From positions 5,527 to 69,526 of the IMG/VR virus record IMGVR_UViG_3300009779_000001: DNA of 64,000 bases. The stretch is one strand, 5' to 3'. The notes under the pieces are model-generated. The model did not search any database, was not told the DNA's origin, and saw nothing but the letters and a program-made list of their open reading frames with translations. This DNA comes from a virus (Duplodnaviria; Caudoviricetes). The position numbers were made by a program, and so were the translations under genes. Below are positions 1 through 8,746 of the stretch, piece after piece (within the stretch, counting starts at the first letter, position 1; every line of letters starts with the position of its first letter).

Positions 1-1725
1 GCGTATGCCGACCTGACGGGCAAGCCGACGCTGGGAAGTGCGGCGGCAACGGATAGCACTGCCTATGCAACAGCGGCTCAGGGAGCCACCGCTGATAGTG
101 CAGTTCAACCTGGCGATCTTTCTACAGTGGCAACTACCGGGGCTTATTCAGATTTAACGGGAAAGCCAGCGTTGTTTTCCGGTGCTTACGCTGACTTGAC
201 GGGTGCCCCAGTTCTCTCCAGCTATGCAACAAAAACCGGAACGGAAACATTAACAAACAAAACCCTAACAAGCCCCACTCTCAGCGCACCGCGTTTTGCT
301 TCCAGTAACTATATTGCTGATAGCACTGGATATCCGCTTCTTCAGTTCTACGCGGCTTCTTCTCCTAATAGCTGGTTGAGTCTTTCCAATGCCAGTGATG
401 GAACGCTGGACCTCACTGCTGAAGGTACCGCGACCAATGTCGGCATGATCTTCACCATGCGTGGCACCGGAGCCATGACGATCAATGTTCCGGTTGGGCA
501 GACTCCGACCTTGGCTGCGGCAGGCGGGTCAACGGACCACGATTTCAACATCACTAGTAAGGGTGCGGGAAAGGTCAAGGCCAATGGGGTGGAAGTTGTC
601 ACCCTGACTAATACTCAGACATTAACGAACAAAACTATCAACTCGTCAAATCTGAATGGGCCAAAGATCGTTGACGGGATCGTTAAAGATATCAACGCCA
701 ACTACATGTTGACGTTCAGCCCGGTAGCGAGTGCCGTCAATTACTTCCAGTTCACCAATCGCGCTACTGGTGTCGGTGATCCGACGTTGGGTGTGGCCGG
801 TTCGGATGCGAACGTATCTCTTGATCTAGTGTCAAAGGGTACGGGAATCGTAAAGATTAATTCTGTTGCTGCTGTAACAGTTTCCGGTACGCAGACGTTG
901 ACGAATAAAACCATTGATGCTAGCAGCAATACAATTTCTAACATTTCCCAGTCTGCCGTCACTAGTCTCGTTTCTGACCTTGCCGGGAAAGCCACTTCCG
1001 CTCAGGGTGCGCTAGCCGACTCTGCTGTGCAGCCAGGTGACCTTGCCACTGTCGCTACCACTGGTGCGTATTCAGATGTGACAGGCACCCCCGATCTTTC
1101 GGGTTACGCCACCAAGACCGGCACTGAAACTCTCACCGGTAAGACGATCAGCGGCAGCAGTAACACCATCACAAACCTTCCGGTGTCTGCTCTGCCTGAT
1201 CCGCACCCGGCGTTCCAGACTGAGCTAGCCAGCGGTGTTCTCACTATCCCCAGGTTCGTTGTCGGTGACGTTGGCTGGAACTACCACTCCAACATCCTCC
1301 ACCTGACCTACCTGTATCCGCAGGAGAACAGGACTGTCAGCGACCTGACCGTCTATGTGAGGGATGCTGGCGGGGCAGCTACCACGGCGCAACTAGGTTT
1401 GTATTCGGTGGACGGCAGCGGGAACCTGACGTTGTTGGAATCAACTACTAATGACACCGATCTGCTTACGTCTGCGTGGACCGATAAAACTAAAGCGTTG
1501 AGCGATTCTGTTGATTTGGTGGCGGGTAACGCATACGCAATTGGCTATCTTCTTGTCACTTCCAACAGTGTGGGTTCGGTTGAGGGCATGGGTGGCCGTT
1601 GGGGGCTGCATGTTTCCGCTCCACGTTTGGCTGGGAAGTTGGATGGTCAGACCTCGTTGCCGTCGTCCATCACCGCCGGGTCCATTCTCGACAATGGGAT
1701 CATGCTGCTGGTTCGGGCGAGCTAA
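1..1725 (+). CDS. 5'-truncated virion fibre/decoration-type structural protein with internal repeats
   Basis: Frame is open from base 1 (AYADLTGKPTLGS...) to TAA at 1723-1725. It has several T[EQ]TLT[NG]KT repeats and a duplicated ADSAVQPGDLxTVATTGAYSDxTG module, and is Thr/Ser/Gly/Ala rich. Confidence 0.6.
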   Translation, partial: AYADLTGKPTLGSAAATDSTAYATAAQGATADSAVQPGDLSTVATTGAYSDLTGKPALFSGAYADLTGAPVLSSYATKTGTETLTNKTLTSPTLSAPRFASSNYIADSTGYPLLQFYAASSPNSWLSLSNASDGTLDLTAEGTATNVGMIFTMRGTGAMTINVPVGQTPTLAAAGGSTDHDFNITSKGAGKVKANGVEVVTLTNTQTLTNKTINSSNLNGPKIVDGIVKDINANYMLTFSPVASAVNYFQFTNRATGVGDPTLGVAGSDANVSLDLVSKGTGIVKINSVAAVTVSGTQTLTNKTIDASSNTISNISQSAVTSLVSDLAGKATSAQGALADSAVQPGDLATVATTGAYSDVTGTPDLSGYATKTGTETLTGKTISGSSNTITNLPVSALPDPHPAFQTELASGVLTIPRFVVGDVGWNYHSNILHLTYLYPQENRTVSDLTVYVRDAGGAATTAQLGLYSVDGSGNLTLLESTTNDTDLLTSAWTDKTKALSDSVDLVAGNAYAIGYLLVTSNSVGSVEGMGGRWGLHVSAPRLAGKLDGQTSLPSSITAGSILDNGIMLLVRAS

Positions 1726-1767
1726 AATGAGCTAGGATGAAGTTGATTCCCAAGAATAGGAGAGAAC

Positions 1768-1890
1768 GTGGAAGGCATTATGCTGGTGGTAGATCGTTTG
1801 GGGCGCAGTGTCGCTGAGCTTGAACGAGCCAATGCGGAGCTTATCGAAAAGGTCAAGGAGCTTGAAGCCGTCATTAATACTTCCGATTAA
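1768..1890 (+). CDS. 40-aa coiled-coil protein, possible fibre chaperone
   Basis: AGGAG SD, GTG start, MEGIMLVVDRLGRSVAELERANAELIEKVKELEAVINTSD with heptad pattern. Not in the supplied ORF track. Confidence 0.5.
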   Translation: MEGIMLVVDRLGRSVAELERANAELIEKVKELEAVINTSD

Positions 1891-1899
1891 GTGGGAGTA

Positions 1900-2331
1900 A
1901 TGGACCCTTCTCACCCTGAGCATCGAAACCATCTGATTTCAACAAAGGGTCGAAGAACTGAGCGAGTGTGGAATGGCGATCCTCCGCTTTTTGAATCGAC
2001 AATAAAAGAGCTATTGCTTGACTGGGGCCGCAAACGAACTGAGCAGTGCGGGTTTATTGAGGCTGAAAATCAAGACCTTTACTATGTAGACAATATTCAC
2101 CAGTATCCAAAGATGAATTTTTTGATGCACGGTGAGCAAACAGAACTTGCATTAGAACGAATTTACAACACTCTAGAGTCTTCTGTTTTGGGAATTTTCC
2201 ATACTCATCCTAATAACGTGCCGTGGCCCTCTCCACGAGATATCGTTGGATGGCCGAATCCACAACTTAATTGGAGGTACTTTGTTGTGACCTCTGAAGA
2301 AGTTCTTGAATGGAAGTTGGCTGATGACTGA
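1900..2331 (+). CDS. JAB/MPN+ (JAMM) metalloprotease-domain protein
   Basis: EQCGFI plus complete JAMM motif H-T-H-x7-S-x2-D (HTHPNNVPWPSPRD); GGGAG SD before ATG 1900. Confidence 0.85.
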   Translation: MDPSHPEHRNHLISTKGRRTERVWNGDPPLFESTIKELLLDWGRKRTEQCGFIEAENQDLYYVDNIHQYPKMNFLMHGEQTELALERIYNTLESSVLGIFHTHPNNVPWPSPRDIVGWPNPQLNWRYFVVTSEEVLEWKLADD

Positions 2332-3208
2332 CTTCGATGTTTTGCGGCAAAGGTGGTTGAATCGGTACATTGCCGTACAAACAAAAACCGATACAAAAAT
2401 TAGAACCGTTTTGGTAGAGGGAGCCGAGGACGCTCAGAAAAAAATCAATGCGCTGGAAAAGAAGACTACGTTTTCTTCTGTTGTGCGAACCGCTCAAGTA
2501 CGAGCGGTAATGAAAGTAGTGAGGGAAGTTCTCAATGACGTGTTCGGGCAAGTCACTCCCATCATTTTTGATGGGCAAAAGCAAGAAGCTGTTGCAGCAG
2601 TTGATGGATTTACTAGCACGGATCGTGACTTTTTGCGTGCTGCTCTTGGCTCAACTGGTGCTGTGGATGATTTCATTGCGTCACAAAGACTGCAAGCAAA
2701 AATCCAAGTCGCACACACAGTCAACAGAATCACAAAGTCAGAGCGAATCCTTTCCCAGCGAGTTTATCGAACACGAGCGTTAGCTAACCGCTGGGTCCAG
2801 CGGGACGTGAACTCTGGAATTTTACGGGGCGACAGTGCCAGGGATATCGCAAAAACAGTTCGTCGGCACATTCGTCCCTCAACGGCAGGCGGGGTGAGCT
2901 ACGCCGCTCTTCGTTTGGGGAGAACGGAACTCAATAATGCGTTTCATGCCACGGCGATTTCTTTGGCTGAAGATCGTCCTTGGGTTCAGGGAATGCAGTG
3001 GCATCTTTCCCAAGTCCATACTTTTGACCCCAACAAAATAGAGATTTGTGAAACCTATAGTAAAAAGGTATTTCCCGTAAGTAAGGTTCCACCAAAACCG
3101 CACCCTCAGTGTCGGTGCTTCATCACCCCGGTTTTAGAGTCGAGTGATTCGTTCATTCGTCGCTTGACAGCGGGTGAATTTAACGATTGGATTGAGAATG
3201 CAGCGTAA
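2324..3208 (+). CDS. MuF-like head morphogenesis/capsid maturation protein
   Basis: RLGRTELNNAFH, W-x-L, C...PPxPHPQCRC motifs typical of MuF-like proteins; lies upstream of the scaffold. Confidence 0.65.
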   Translation: MTDFDVLRQRWLNRYIAVQTKTDTKIRTVLVEGAEDAQKKINALEKKTTFSSVVRTAQVRAVMKVVREVLNDVFGQVTPIIFDGQKQEAVAAVDGFTSTDRDFLRAALGSTGAVDDFIASQRLQAKIQVAHTVNRITKSERILSQRVYRTRALANRWVQRDVNSGILRGDSARDIAKTVRRHIRPSTAGGVSYAALRLGRTELNNAFHATAISLAEDRPWVQGMQWHLSQVHTFDPNKIEICETYSKKVFPVSKVPPKPHPQCRCFITPVLESSDSFIRRLTAGEFNDWIENAA

Positions 3209-3239
3209 CGAGCCGCAAGACAAAGTGAGGACAAAGCGA

Positions 3240-3977
3240 ATGAATTTCGCCAAGATTGATCGACGTGGATTGCCCCCTCTTGAGCTTGCCAAAATGGCAA
3301 TGCCATTTTTCGGTGGGGAAGAGGAAGCGAAAGCTTCAGAGGAAACCTCTGGCGAACAAGCCACTGCTACTGCGGAAACCGAAACTACTGCGGAGGAAAG
3401 TGGTGACGTTTCCACTTCTCAGAAACTTGCTGAAAATCCTGAGGCTGTTGCCGATCTTCTGAAGCAGCTTTCTGAAGCGACGAAGACGATCAAGGATTTG
3501 TCGAAGAAGAACGAGGGGTACGAAAACGAGCGTAAGCAGGCAGAGCGAGCGCAGCAGACTCGTGAGCAGCAGCTTGAAGGTGATCTGCATGATGCTCAAC
3601 AGACTATTGCTCAGATGGATGCTGTGATTCGGCATACTGCTGCGATCAATGCTATTCAGAACCTCAAGGACTACCAATTCCATTCTGCTCGTCATGTTCT
3701 CAATGAAATTGATCCCAATGAATTTGAGATTACGGTCGATTTGCAGAACGGAACGGCAACCGTTGAGGGAATCGAAAATGCGGCGAAGCGTGTTGCCAAG
3801 GATATGCCCTGGTTGGTTGCTCAGGCATCCGGTGACAAACAGAGTCGGAATGTGAGTTCTCCCCGAAATAGCGGGAACCCGCCAAGCAATCCTAATAGCG
3901 GAGCAGACAAAGCTGCGCGGCGATCCGACTTGATGAAGAAATTCCCGGTAATTGCGGCAGGGCGCGGCAGTCGCTAA
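3240..3977 (+). CDS. capsid scaffolding protein
   Basis: Acidic N-terminus, coiled-coil core, low-complexity tail ending KKFPVIAAGRGSR; precedes capsid genes. Confidence 0.7.
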   Translation: MNFAKIDRRGLPPLELAKMAMPFFGGEEEAKASEETSGEQATATAETETTAEESGDVSTSQKLAENPEAVADLLKQLSEATKTIKDLSKKNEGYENERKQAERAQQTREQQLEGDLHDAQQTIAQMDAVIRHTAAINAIQNLKDYQFHSARHVLNEIDPNEFEITVDLQNGTATVEGIENAAKRVAKDMPWLVAQASGDKQSRNVSSPRNSGNPPSNPNSGADKAARRSDLMKKFPVIAAGRGSR

Positions 3978-4048
3978 GCGTGTTGCGCGAGATTAAACGA
4001 AACCAAAACTGATACTATTCAGTACGAGCGATCTTAACGGAGGACAAA

Positions 4049-4783
4049 ATGGCTCTCACCACTGTGCCGCGCTGGGACAAGTACGATCCCTACGTTGGTA
4101 ATTTTCGCGGCACTCTGGCCGCTGATGTTGACCTCGCTACCCAGGCCAATAAGGTTCTCGCCGTTGGTCTGAATTCAGACGGGGCTGTCACTATCGGTAG
4201 TGGCACCAGCGGAATCAAAGGTGTCATCATCATCCCCGTGGGCAAGGACATGCATGGTGTTCTTCTCGACGGCGGTGTCAACATCGAAGCTGGCGATCTG
4301 TGTGACGTTGGCAAGCATGGAGAAATCACCAGCTTCTCGCCTACGGTTCTTACCTACACCCAGGTGATTACCGTTGACGGTACCGCTGACGGTGGAACCT
4401 TCACGCTGACGCTGGGTGGCAAGACCACTTCCGCTCTTGCCTACAACATCACTGGTGCCAACCTGAAGACTACTCTCGTCGCTCTGGATGACGGTCACAC
4501 TTCGGACGATTTCACCGTTACCGGTAATGGTCCGTACTCGGTGACCTACAACCAGGCATGGGGAGTGCTGACCGACGATGACGCGCTGATTACCGTGTCG
4601 GCTACTCCGACTCCTGACCTCGTGACCATCACTCAGCCTTCGACCACCGCTGTCGCTGGCACCAACTACTACGGTCATGCTGACGGTTCGGTGACCGCAG
4701 TGGAGGGCGCAGACGGCGTGTACGTCGGGCACACGGTTGAGGCTGACCGGCTCATCGTCAACGTCCTCGACGCAACTTCGTAA
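4049..4783 (+). CDS. capsid decoration/minor capsid protein with inserted beta-sandwich domain
   Basis: Strong SD (GGAGG); position between scaffold and major capsid; GGTFTLTLGGKTT..L.YN...L..AL insert. Confidence 0.6.
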   Translation: MALTTVPRWDKYDPYVGNFRGTLAADVDLATQANKVLAVGLNSDGAVTIGSGTSGIKGVIIIPVGKDMHGVLLDGGVNIEAGDLCDVGKHGEITSFSPTVLTYTQVITVDGTADGGTFTLTLGGKTTSALAYNITGANLKTTLVALDDGHTSDDFTVTGNGPYSVTYNQAWGVLTDDDALITVSATPTPDLVTITQPSTTAVAGTNYYGHADGSVTAVEGADGVYVGHTVEADRLIVNVLDATS

Positions 4784-4815
4784 CGGCTGAAAAGAAAGAA
4801 TCAGGAAGGAATGCC

Positions 4816-6029
4816 ATGTTGGCAGATAAGGAATTCGGGATGCTGACGATCAACGGTATTCCCATTGGTCCGATCTTCGGTGGTACTCAGCCGGTTCGTC
4901 AGGAAGGTATGCTCACTTCCGGTGATCTGGTTACCGTCACTTCTGACGGCATTGACCTCAATGCGCTGTGGAATTCTTTCGCAGAATCCATCAGTATCTA
5001 CAACGAGGCAATGGACGATCTGATCGAACTGCTCACCTATCCGGTGACCACGCCGATTGAGCCTGTCGTCCAGATCGGTGAGCTTACCTTTGAGGAAGCT
5101 TCTGAAATCGGTGTCCCGCGTGGTGCCGGTTTGCCGATTGAAGTCTTCCAAATGGGCTACGATCTGCGTCACTACGACAAGCGAAACGTCTTCACCTGGA
5201 TGTTCTTGGCTGATGCCGACGCTCGTCAGGTCGAAGCGATCCACGAAGCTGTCCTCTGGCTGACAAGCGTCTTGTCTTCCGCAAGATTCTTGAGGCTCTG
5301 TTCGACAACCGGACTCGTCGTGCCAACATTCGTACCCAGGCGTACAGCGTTTACCCGCTGTATAACGGTGACGGTGTTGCCCCGCCGCGCTTCAAGAACA
5401 ACACGTTCGATGAGAGCCACAATCACTACATGATTTCCAGCAATTCGACGCTGGACTCGTCGGACCTGGATGACCTGCTGGAACAGATCACTGAGCATGG
5501 TTATTCGCCGCAGGCGGGAACAATGTTCCTGCTCTTGGCGAACAAAGCTGAAACCGACGTTATTCGTACCTTCCGCAGGGGGGTTGTGAATAACAACGGT
5601 GCTACCGCTGCTTACGATTTCATTCCTTCTCCGACGCAACCGGCAATGATTTTGCCGAATGCTGAAGGTCTGTTGGGCAATCAGCCTGCTCCGCTGTTCG
5701 GCAATCTGCCTGTGATCGGTTCCTACGGCTTCTGGCACATCGTTGAGGAAGAGTACATCCCCAGCGGTTATCTGCTGGGTGTCGGCTTCGGCGGTCGCTT
5801 CAATCTCGCCAATCCGGTCGGCCTGCGTCAGCACGCTAACCCGGCCATGCAGGGGCTTCGCATTCTCCCCGGCAACTACCAGCGATACCCGATCATCGAC
5901 GGCTTCTACGCTCGCAGCTTCGGTACCGGTATCCGGCAGCGTGGCGGTGCGGCCATCATGCAGGTCAAGGCTTCGGGAACCTACGATATCCCGACGCAGT
6001 ACAAGAAGGGCGGGGGCTTCCTCGTCTAA
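4816..6029 (+). CDS. major capsid protein (~404 aa), split by a -1 frameshift at ~5257-5259
   Basis: Adding one G at TGG|GCT joins ORFs 4816-5433 and 5430-6029 into a continuous, codon-biased frame (EAVLWADKRLVFRKILEALFDNR...HNHYMISSN). Followed by a terminator. Confidence 0.85.
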
Positions 6030-6042
6030 CCCGGCCAGGATT

Positions 6043-6071
6043 CCTGGCTGAATGAAAGTTCAGCCAGGTTT
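6043..6071 (+). terminator. intrinsic terminator-like hairpin after major capsid gene
   Basis: CCTGGCTGAA (6043-6052) pairs with TTCAGCCAGG (6059-6068), followed by TTT. Confidence 0.55.
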
Positions 6072-6094
6072 CCAATTTTTAGAAAGGAATTGGA

Positions 6095-6658
6095 ATGGGC
6101 CGTTTTGTTGATCTGGATAAGCCGTTGTCTGAAGAGGACAAGGCTTATCTTCGTAGCCGTGGACGTGGCTACCTGATTCCCGCGAATGAGCGACGTTTCG
6201 GTGCAGATGGGACCAGGACTCCTGAGCCTCACGAGGCTATTGGTGCCCCGGCTCAGACTCCGTTCTACACCCACCCTGACCAGCAGACTGCTGTTTATGA
6301 CAAGGGTGGTGCCCCGCTTCCCGGTTCGGTTCTCGACTATGACACCGGGCGGGTCGCTGATCGAGAGAACGGCGTTCTGGCTGAGTTCACCGGTCCTGGT
6401 CACACTCCTGGTGCCCATGACATTTCGGGCATCGTTGGGCCGGAAGGGTTCACTGAGGTTTCCGACGACGACGAGATTGACGACGATATCGTTTCGTTCG
6501 TCACTGGTCAGAAGAACAAGCACGATCTGCAAGAGCTTCTGAAGGAATCCAACGTCGAGTTTGAAACCGACGCAAATCGTGGTCGCCTAGAGGAACTTCT
6601 GGCGATCAACTTGCAGGATCGTCGGGACGCTGGCGAAGTAATCTTTGAGGACGAGTAG
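6095..6658 (+). CDS. hypothetical virion-region protein, C-terminal HeH/LEM-like helical motif
   Basis: Good SD; C-terminal KHDLQELLKESNVEFETDANRGRLEELL resembles HeH/LEM/Rho-N small helical folds. Confidence 0.55.
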   Translation: MGRFVDLDKPLSEEDKAYLRSRGRGYLIPANERRFGADGTRTPEPHEAIGAPAQTPFYTHPDQQTAVYDKGGAPLPGSVLDYDTGRVADRENGVLAEFTGPGHTPGAHDISGIVGPEGFTEVSDDDEIDDDIVSFVTGQKNKHDLQELLKESNVEFETDANRGRLEELLAINLQDRRDAGEVIFEDE

Positions 6659-6668
6659 GGGGTAAATC

Positions 6669-6998
6669 GTGGCAGATTCGGCTGCGATTTCCTCTGTCAA
6701 ACTTCAGCTTGCAGATGAGGCTGAAGACCTTGGGATTGACGACACCATCATTGAAACATGGCTGGATTCAGGTCTTTCACAGACCAAGGCAATTCTTGCC
6801 GGGTGGCGTGCGATTGCTGCGAAAACTGTTAGCACTGAGGACGTTTCTGAGTCTGGCAGTTCTCGCACCATTCGTTTGCACGAAAGGGCGGTAGAGCTTG
6901 TACGGGATTGGCAGGCTAGGGCTGATGCTGAAGATGCCGCTTCGGGTACTGGAATTGCCAAGCCTCATGCAGCTTCAAGGACGGCAACGAGGGTTTGA
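6669..6998 (+). CDS. putative head-to-tail adaptor
   Basis: Size, synteny, and V-S-E-S-G-S-S-R motif typical of actinophage adaptors. Confidence 0.55.
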   Translation: MADSAAISSVKLQLADEAEDLGIDDTIIETWLDSGLSQTKAILAGWRAIAAKTVSTEDVSESGSSRTIRLHERAVELVRDWQARADAEDAASGTGIAKPHAASRTATRV

Positions 6999-7000
6999 CA

Positions 7001-7381
7001 ATGCTGGCGAATTCTGTGGAACTAACGATTCACCGCAAAGGCACCCTGAAATTTATCGCTGCTGATCCTACTGTTATTACGTTGACCCCTGTGTATGAGG
7101 ATTTTGTCAACGGTACGAAGACGCTGATTCAGCTTAGTGAGCGTGATCCGCAAACTTTTAAGGTGATTTGGAGCGGGTCGATAGAAGGACTAGTTTCCAC
7201 TGGCGATACAAATACTCATAGGTTCGACTTTGTTCTTGTTGGGCCTTACGATGCTGAAGTTGCTATAGGCGATTATTGGGTTACCGACGACGGCCAGAAA
7301 AATGTCATCGAATGGCTGGCCCCTAGCAATGGTTATGAAGTCAAGGCTGGCGGGGTTAGCCACGGCAGGGTTCCGGTGTGA
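7001..7381 (+). CDS. putative head-to-tail stopper
   Basis: Synteny; beta-rich 127-aa protein. Confidence 0.5.
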   Translation: MLANSVELTIHRKGTLKFIAADPTVITLTPVYEDFVNGTKTLIQLSERDPQTFKVIWSGSIEGLVSTGDTNTHRFDFVLVGPYDAEVAIGDYWVTDDGQKNVIEWLAPSNGYEVKAGGVSHGRVPV

Positions 7382-7382
7382 T

Positions 7383-7742
7383 ATGGCTAAAGTCAGATTT
7401 GAGTACGATGCAAAAAAGCTGAACAATAATGTTCGCAATTTTGATCGTAAGCTCAACAGGGCTATGAGTGGTCTTTTCGACTACAACGCTTTGTATGCGA
7501 CAGGATGGTTGAAGGAACATGCTCCATGGCACGATGACACCGGGGCAGCGCGTAGCGGGTTGGTTGCTCTTGCGAATAATGGCAGGAATGCCCATGAACT
7601 TCTTATGGCGTACTCGGTAACCTATGGCATTTGGCTAGAGGTTGCTCATTCTGGGCAATGGGCTGTCATTACCCCGGCCATGAGAATTGTCGGGAACAAA
7701 ATCATGGATGATATTCGGACTCTTTTACGAGCGATAACATGA
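7383..7742 (+). CDS. putative neck/tail-completion protein
   Basis: APWHDDTGAARSGL and YGIWLEV motifs resembling HK97 gp10-like neck proteins; ATG 7383. Confidence 0.55.
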   Translation: MAKVRFEYDAKKLNNNVRNFDRKLNRAMSGLFDYNALYATGWLKEHAPWHDDTGAARSGLVALANNGRNAHELLMAYSVTYGIWLEVAHSGQWAVITPAMRIVGNKIMDDIRTLLRAIT

Positions 7743-8161
7743 TTCCGTCAGCAATTTTTGAAGCCCTAGATGGAGATTCTATACTTGAGTCTTATGACAT
7801 TAGTTCAAATACGATTTTTGAGCTTCAATCTTTGGATGATCGGCCTGTGAAAGACGGCTATTTCGTTGTCATCAATTTTGAAGAGTCTACTGTTCTTGGC
7901 CCTCGTAAAAAGGGGCCGCGAATAATGACGATATGGGTTCATCATCCTATGGAAAAAGACAGGGATTATGCCCCTGTTGATGCAATTCTTAATCGAATTG
8001 AAGGCATTCTTCTTGGCCTTGAACAGACAACTGGATCAGACAATGTGCGAGTTACCTGTATTATGAAACAAGGCAGGTCAAGAAACCTTATTGATCCAGC
8101 CTGGAAGACAATTGCCAGGAACGCGACATACGGTGTTTTATATGACGAAACACTCCCCTGA
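7739..8161 (+). CDS. putative tail terminator
   Basis: Synteny, 140 aa, ATGA overlap with the previous gene. Confidence 0.5.
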   Translation: MIPSAIFEALDGDSILESYDISSNTIFELQSLDDRPVKDGYFVVINFEESTVLGPRKKGPRIMTIWVHHPMEKDRDYAPVDAILNRIEGILLGLEQTTGSDNVRVTCIMKQGRSRNLIDPAWKTIARNATYGVLYDETLP

Positions 8162-8199
8162 TCGGATAAGATCAGGGCAGTACCAAGGAGGATAACTGT

Positions 8200-8526
8200 A
8201 TGGCAGGCACGAGGCGTAATGATCCGGTGGAAGCCGTGAGCAAGCCTGAGTCTTTGGTGGAGGTTGCCGACAGCCGCGACGTGAGTCCACGAGCCAAGGT
8301 CGATACCACCGGCCAGCGGGTTAAGGCGACTCCCTTTTCGCATGGCCTGGAAGTGGTTGTTCGGGAAAAGGATTTCCTCAAAGGTGGAATCAAGCACGGC
8401 GAGGTTCGCTGGCATTTTCAGCGTGACAACTTTACCGTTAAGGTCGGTGAGGGCTTGACGAAACAAGCCGCCGATTATCTGGTGAAGTCTTTCCCCTCTC
8501 AGTTCCAGTATGTTGGGGGTAAGTGA
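8200..8526 (+). CDS. hypothetical protein (tail region)
   Basis: AAGGAGG SD; 108-aa ORF with biased codons. Confidence 0.6.
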   Translation: MAGTRRNDPVEAVSKPESLVEVADSRDVSPRAKVDTTGQRVKATPFSHGLEVVVREKDFLKGGIKHGEVRWHFQRDNFTVKVGEGLTKQAADYLVKSFPSQFQYVGGK

Positions 8527-8527
8527 T

Positions 8528-8746
8528 GTGCCGGAAATTCGGTGCAACAGCAAGAAGTTTGGTGAGGTAAGTAGCGAAGCAAGAGGGATTTTTGAAGTAA
8601 TCTGCAATAGCAGATTTTGCAAAAATCAACACAACGAAGTGGTTCTTCACCGCTGGAACCTAGAAAAACTTAATGCTGATGGTTCAATCAAGATGATTGA
8701 AACTAGACGGTTCAAAAGACCGAAACCAGAAGGGAAATGGAAATGA
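8528..8746 (+). CDS. small Cys/His protein, Com-like zinc-ribbon candidate
   Basis: GTG start; MPEIRCNSKKFGEV...FEVICNSRFC...HRW; overlaps the major tail protein start (ATGA). Confidence 0.45.
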   Translation: MPEIRCNSKKFGEVSSEARGIFEVICNSRFCKNQHNEVVLHRWNLEKLNADGSIKMIETRRFKRPKPEGKWK

